This document shows, one piece after another, positions 60,601 through 64,000 of a DNA stretch of 64,000 bases. The notes below the pieces were generated by a model that ran no database searches, was not told where the DNA came from, and saw only the letters and a program-made list of their open reading frames with translations. The first letter of the stretch is position 1. Each line of letters starts with the position of its first letter. Both the position numbers and the translations under genes were made by a program. Location: IMG/VR virus record IMGVR_UViG_3300028048_000078. One strand, given 5' to 3'. This DNA comes from an uncultured virus (IMG/VR IMGVR_UViG_3300028048_000078). Taxonomy: Duplodnaviria; Heunggongvirae; Uroviricota; Caudoviricetes.

Positions 60601-60864
60601 TATAATACCATTGGGTATGCTGAGATTAACTCAAAGTTAGATGTTTGTCATTCTTGTGGCTTTGAGGGAGAGATTAAGATAGTTGACAAAGATGGTAAGT
60701 TAGATTGGCAGTGTCCTAATTGTGGTAACACAGACCACGCTCTTATGACTGTAAGGAGAAGGGTTTGCGGTTATATTAGTTCCAATTTATTTAATCAAGG
60801 TAGAACACAAGAGATAAATGAGAGATTTGTACATTTAGATGATTTAGAGGATGGTTGTTGTTGA
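57608..60864 (+). CDS. nrdD: Anaerobic ribonucleoside-triphosphate reductase, exons 57608-58459 and 59572-60864 (714 aa spliced)
   Basis: ATP cone VIKRDG; splicing restores TNG|QSPFLSVFMY; CMGCRSFL; RRVCGYI glycyl-radical motif. Confidence 0.95.
58460..59571 (+). ncRNA. Group I intron in nrdD
   Basis: U at 58459, omega-G at 59571; IGS gattggcc can pair with both exons; R gtaacgacta ~59423, S gaagatatagtct ~59540. Confidence 0.92.
58600..59385 (+). CDS. Intron-encoded GIY-YIG homing endonuclease (NUMOD3/NUMOD1-like C-terminus)
   Basis: VVYEAKNIVNGKRYIGQT, ELNLKESFWI, GYNLKGGG, GELNHSFGK. Confidence 0.9.
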   Translation: MVVYEAKNIVNGKRYIGQTTQDFLIRKQQHLDSIKYNNSGCHLFKRALIKYGEDKFVWKIIDVATSREELNLKESFWIEFFKTTDVNFGYNLKGGGYNPFLTDRVKQAIGDAQRGELNHSFGKLGADNPSSKAVIIVDTGEVFSAVSEMCRKYTDFLVSRVCSVCRGERYTYKGHIFRYLDADGHIIDNGLPTTFSEIHLLKHNNLSSVSKNKKRILDVTNNVLYESVVDAVGKRYQRSLLRKLHDVDECDYHNIHWKLIH

Positions 60865-61316
60865 GATACGCTCAGATAAGAAGTTTAGATGTTTCTGATG
60901 GTTTTGGTGTAGGGGTGTCCTTGTTTACACAAGGATGCCACTTTCACTGTAAGAACTGTTTTAATAAGTCAACTTGGGATTTCAATGGCGGTAAGGAATG
61001 GACGAAAGAAGTTAAAGAACATTTCTTAGAGTTGGTTAATAGACCACACATTGAGAGGGTATCTATTCTCGGTGGTGAGCCTTTGTGTGAAGAGAATTAT
61101 GCTGATGTCTTAGATTTAGTTAAGTCTATTAAAGGCAAGAAGATTTGGATTTATACAGGATACACCTATGAGGACATAAAAAATAAAGAGATTATTGATT
61201 ATGTTGATTACGTTGTGGATGGGCGATATATTGATGAATTGCGAGATTTATCTTTGCAGTTTAGAGGCTCATCTAATCAGCGTATAATAGATATAAAGAA
61301 AGGGTGTTCCATTTGA
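60855..61316 (+). CDS. nrdG: Anaerobic RNR activating radical-SAM protein
   Basis: QGCHFHCKNCFN, ILGGEP, FRGSSNQR. Confidence 0.95.
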   Translation: MLLRYAQIRSLDVSDGFGVGVSLFTQGCHFHCKNCFNKSTWDFNGGKEWTKEVKEHFLELVNRPHIERVSILGGEPLCEENYADVLDLVKSIKGKKIWIYTGYTYEDIKNKEIIDYVDYVVDGRYIDELRDLSLQFRGSSNQRIIDIKKGCSI

Positions 61317-61738
61317 CAGTTTATGTATTAAAGAATGGCAAACAGCAGACCGAGATTATTGGTTTATTTGATGATGAAACCAATGCAACTCAGATGAAGG
61401 TTAATCTTCTGAAAACAGGTCAGTACAAGTCTATTGTTATTGATAGCTTTGAACTTGACTCTGACCCAGTTAGTCCATTGGAAGTAGTTAAGGTAACTGG
61501 TAGTTTCGTAAACGGTGTTGCTAGTCCAAAGATTACTGCATTTAATCCTACTACACCTGTAGCTGATGAGCTGACATTTAATGTGTCTGGTAATCAAATT
61601 ACTTTTACAGGTTATGTAAACTTGGATGATTCTGAGCAAGCAGCAGATGATATTGATGAGCTTAAGGCTAGAGTATCTTCTTGGGTTGTGCAGGAGTTTA
61701 AGAGCAGATTAGAGGACAATAATCCACCAACTACCTAA
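61304..61738 (+). CDS. Hypothetical protein
   Basis: 144-aa ORF. Confidence 0.65.
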   Translation: MFHLTVYVLKNGKQQTEIIGLFDDETNATQMKVNLLKTGQYKSIVIDSFELDSDPVSPLEVVKVTGSFVNGVASPKITAFNPTTPVADELTFNVSGNQITFTGYVNLDDSEQAADDIDELKARVSSWVVQEFKSRLEDNNPPTT

Positions 61739-61742
61739 TATA

Positions 61743-61797
61743 ATAAACCGTACTTTGTTGTATAAATTGTACACTTAGTACGGTTTATTTTTTTTTT
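61743..61797 (+). terminator. Rho-independent terminator
   Basis: ataaaccgtact/agtacggtttat stem plus long T run. Confidence 0.75.
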
Positions 61798-61798
61798 G

Positions 61799-61827
61799 TT
61801 GACTTTTGAGGTTATATATGTTAATAT
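61799..61827 (+). promoter_or_regulatory. Promoter
   Basis: TTGACT-N17-TAATAT with TG. Confidence 0.6.
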
Positions 61828-61857
61828 ATCTATACAATGAGATTGGAGGTAGAGAAT

Positions 61858-62088
61858 ATGAGTTATGAAGTACAGTGGCATGGCTATGAAAGAGGTAAGA
61901 AAGTATTGAAAAAGCATGGTGTTTTCAATACACTTGATGAAGCACAGGATAGTGTAAGAGAGTGGTGGAAGAAGAATGATTTTGAGCCATATTACATTAG
62001 ACAGTGTATACATGAAGATGGTACTTGTTGGTGGGATTATGGCTCTCATACATGTTTCTACTATTTTGTACCAAAGGAGGTAGAATAA
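61858..62088 (+). CDS. Hypothetical protein
   Basis: RBS GGAGGT; DYGSHT motif. Confidence 0.65.
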   Translation: MSYEVQWHGYERGKKVLKKHGVFNTLDEAQDSVREWWKKNDFEPYYIRQCIHEDGTCWWDYGSHTCFYYFVPKEVE

Positions 62089-62420
62089 TGACAGGATTGT
62101 TTGGTGAGTTTGAGGCAACTAAGCCAAAGAAAAAGAAACCTACTTTATTAGATATGGCTAAAGAGAAGTTTGGTGATGATGCTGAGTTGATGAAAGAGAT
62201 TGAGCTTTATTTGAAGTCACGGAGACAGGCACACAATTATCCTAGTAAGGTTAGTTGGGAGATGCAGTTAAATCTCTTAGAGCAGGTGTGGCCAGAAAAG
62301 AGAGCAAGTCAAGTTAGAACTTCAACTCTTAGAGGTTATAGACAGATTGCTTTTGATAATAGTGATAAGGTAAATAATAAGAAAGCAAACCCAAATACAA
62401 GATGTAAGGAAGGATTTTGA
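62088..62420 (+). CDS. Hypothetical protein
   Basis: RBS AAGGAGG before ATG 62088. Confidence 0.65.
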   Translation: MTGLFGEFEATKPKKKKPTLLDMAKEKFGDDAELMKEIELYLKSRRQAHNYPSKVSWEMQLNLLEQVWPEKRASQVRTSTLRGYRQIAFDNSDKVNNKKANPNTRCKEGF

Positions 62421-62424
62421 TAAG

Positions 62425-62901
62425 ATGAGTGATTTGATGGATTGGGCTAAAGACGAACTTAAGCTGTGGAATACTGATGAAGATGCGTTTGGTGAAATGA
62501 TGTCTAGTGATGTACTAGAAGCTCTTGAAGTACTTTGTAGTCAAGGTCAGTCAGCCCCAATTGTAATGAGAATAATTCAGAGACTTTGGTCATGGAAACC
62601 TCTTACACCACTTACAGGTGAAGATAATGAGTGGAATGAGGTTGGCGGTGGACAATATCAAAATAAGCGTTGTCCTTCTGTATTTAAAGATGGGGAGACT
62701 GGTAAAGCTTACTATTTAGATGGTAGGGTATTTGTAGAGCCAGATGGTACTACGTTTACTTGTGCTTTATCTTCTGTAGATGTTGATTTTCCTTTTACCG
62801 TTCCAGATAAACCAGTATATGTATATTTAAAGCATAGCACAGATAAGAAAGAAGTAGACGACCAGTGGCGTGATGGTGATTATGAAATTAAGAAAGATTA
62901 A
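62425..62901 (+). CDS. Conserved phage-type hypothetical protein
   Basis: KPLTPLTGEDNEW...QNKRCPSVFKD. Confidence 0.7.
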   Translation: MSDLMDWAKDELKLWNTDEDAFGEMMSSDVLEALEVLCSQGQSAPIVMRIIQRLWSWKPLTPLTGEDNEWNEVGGGQYQNKRCPSVFKDGETGKAYYLDGRVFVEPDGTTFTCALSSVDVDFPFTVPDKPVYVYLKHSTDKKEVDDQWRDGDYEIKKD

Positions 62902-63047
62902 TTGGATTAGAGCTAAGATGTTACAACGTAGATACTTTGTAAATAGAATGTGTTCAGATAAGGGAATTGTATCACATAAAGGTAGAAAAGGCATGTTTAA
63001 ACTTTACGATTATTTGTATAAGTTTTGTTTGGAGATTAGTGATGTAT

Positions 63048-63482
63048 ATGGATAACAGGGAATTAATTAAAGAATACCCATTTCTTTTACCTAGAAATGT
63101 ATTTACTGATAGAGTATCAGATACTTATGACTATAGTTATACATTATTGGACGATATGCCTAAAGGTTGGAAAAGGGCGTTTGGCGAACAGCTCTGTAAG
63201 GAACTTAAGAAGGTATTAGTCAAAGATAACCTATTAGATGATTATAGGGTAACACAGATTAAGGAGAAGTTTGGGCAGTTGCGTTGGTATGATAACTGTG
63301 GCTCAGAGAAGTTATATAAGGTTATAGATAAGTATGAGTCATTAAGTGAGCATATTTGCATTGAGTGTGGTAGTAAGGGTAAAATGCAAGATTTGTTTGG
63401 TTGGATTTCGCCTTACTGTGATGATTGTTACAAAAAAGTTAAAAGAAGAGCAGAGGAACGCTTGACAAAATATTCTAAATAG
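63048..63482 (+). CDS. Conserved phage-type hypothetical protein
   Basis: MPKGW, QIKEKFGQLRWY, CIECG...CDDC. Confidence 0.7.
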   Translation: MDNRELIKEYPFLLPRNVFTDRVSDTYDYSYTLLDDMPKGWKRAFGEQLCKELKKVLVKDNLLDDYRVTQIKEKFGQLRWYDNCGSEKLYKVIDKYESLSEHICIECGSKGKMQDLFGWISPYCDDCYKKVKRRAEERLTKYSK

Positions 63483-63670
63483 TGTAAAATAAAGGAGTAG
63501 TAAGAAATGAACACAACAGATAATGCAATTAATGAGGCTTTAAGTGCAGTAGAGATAGCTAGAAATCAGCTTGATAATTGTGATGAAGATATGTTAGATT
63601 CAGCTATATTTAATTTAAGTTCAGCAGAAGCTAAATTAAACGCATTAATAGCAAGAAGGAGAGTTGAAAA

Positions 63671-64000
63671 ATGAGAAAGTTTGCAATTTGTGAAGGATAT
63701 GAGGATAAAGCTACTATGCCTAAACGAGGCACTAAGGGTTCAGCAGGATATGATTTGACATCTATTAATGAAATTCCTGTAGATATACAGCCTGGGGAAA
63801 CAGTAAAATTTATTACAGGTATTAAAGCATACATGGAATCTGATGAGGTACTTATGATTCATGTACGCAGTTCTGTGGGAATTAAGAGAGGCTTGGTGCT
63901 TGCCAATACTACAGGGGTTATAGATAGTGATTATGTAAACAGTACCAATGGGGGAAATATTATCATAGCGTTATATAATAATTCTGGGTATACACAAACA
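63671..64000 (+). CDS. dut: Trimeric dUTPase (truncated by window end)
   Basis: PKRGTKGSAGYDL, TGIKA, RSSVG, GVIDSDY; not in the ORF track. Confidence 0.93.
   Translation, partial: MRKFAICEGYEDKATMPKRGTKGSAGYDLTSINEIPVDIQPGETVKFITGIKAYMESDEVLMIHVRSSVGIKRGLVLANTTGVIDSDYVNSTNGGNIIIALYNNSGYTQT

Noticed and set aside
210..63834. Short minus-strand and alternate-frame ORFs in the ORF track
   Set aside because: They overlap long + strand genes and lack RBSs or motifs; they are shadow ORFs
1..64000. tRNA or rRNA genes
   Set aside because: None recognised; the intergenic gaps are accounted for by promoters, terminators, introns, TR and omegaRNA

Overview
AT-rich, essentially single-stranded (+) segment of a large tailed phage or prophage. 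The host is inferred to be an anaerobic Firmicute, possibly Negativicutes/Selenomonadales. The window runs through a 2.9-kaa tape measure protein, virion and tail-tip genes, a long tail-fibre/adhesin region (30.5-51.6 kb), lysis genes, a SNF2 helicase, intron-split nrdD, nrdG and dut. The tail-fibre region stacks several diversification devices. (1) Six paralogous small fibre/adhesin genes share an N-terminal 'KRNxxYxVGD...CxxAGTT...DGTxxW' anchor, and each carries a G8-G11 tract. All six are in frame at G10, but only one has G10 here, which suggests a phase-variable receptor-binding cassette array. A seventh G9 gene and an (AT)5-frameshifted gene lie nearby. (2) A DGR has a 145-nt VR/TR pair with 24 of 25 mismatches at TR adenines (22 A>G), no visible avd, and an RT fused in frame to a downstream small protein. 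(3) An IStron (group I intron + tnpB) interrupts a fibre gene. The window also contains a flagellinolysin-like HExxH virion protein, a second tnpB, and a GIY-YIG group I intron in nrdD. All family assignments come from motif recognition by eye; no database searches were run.
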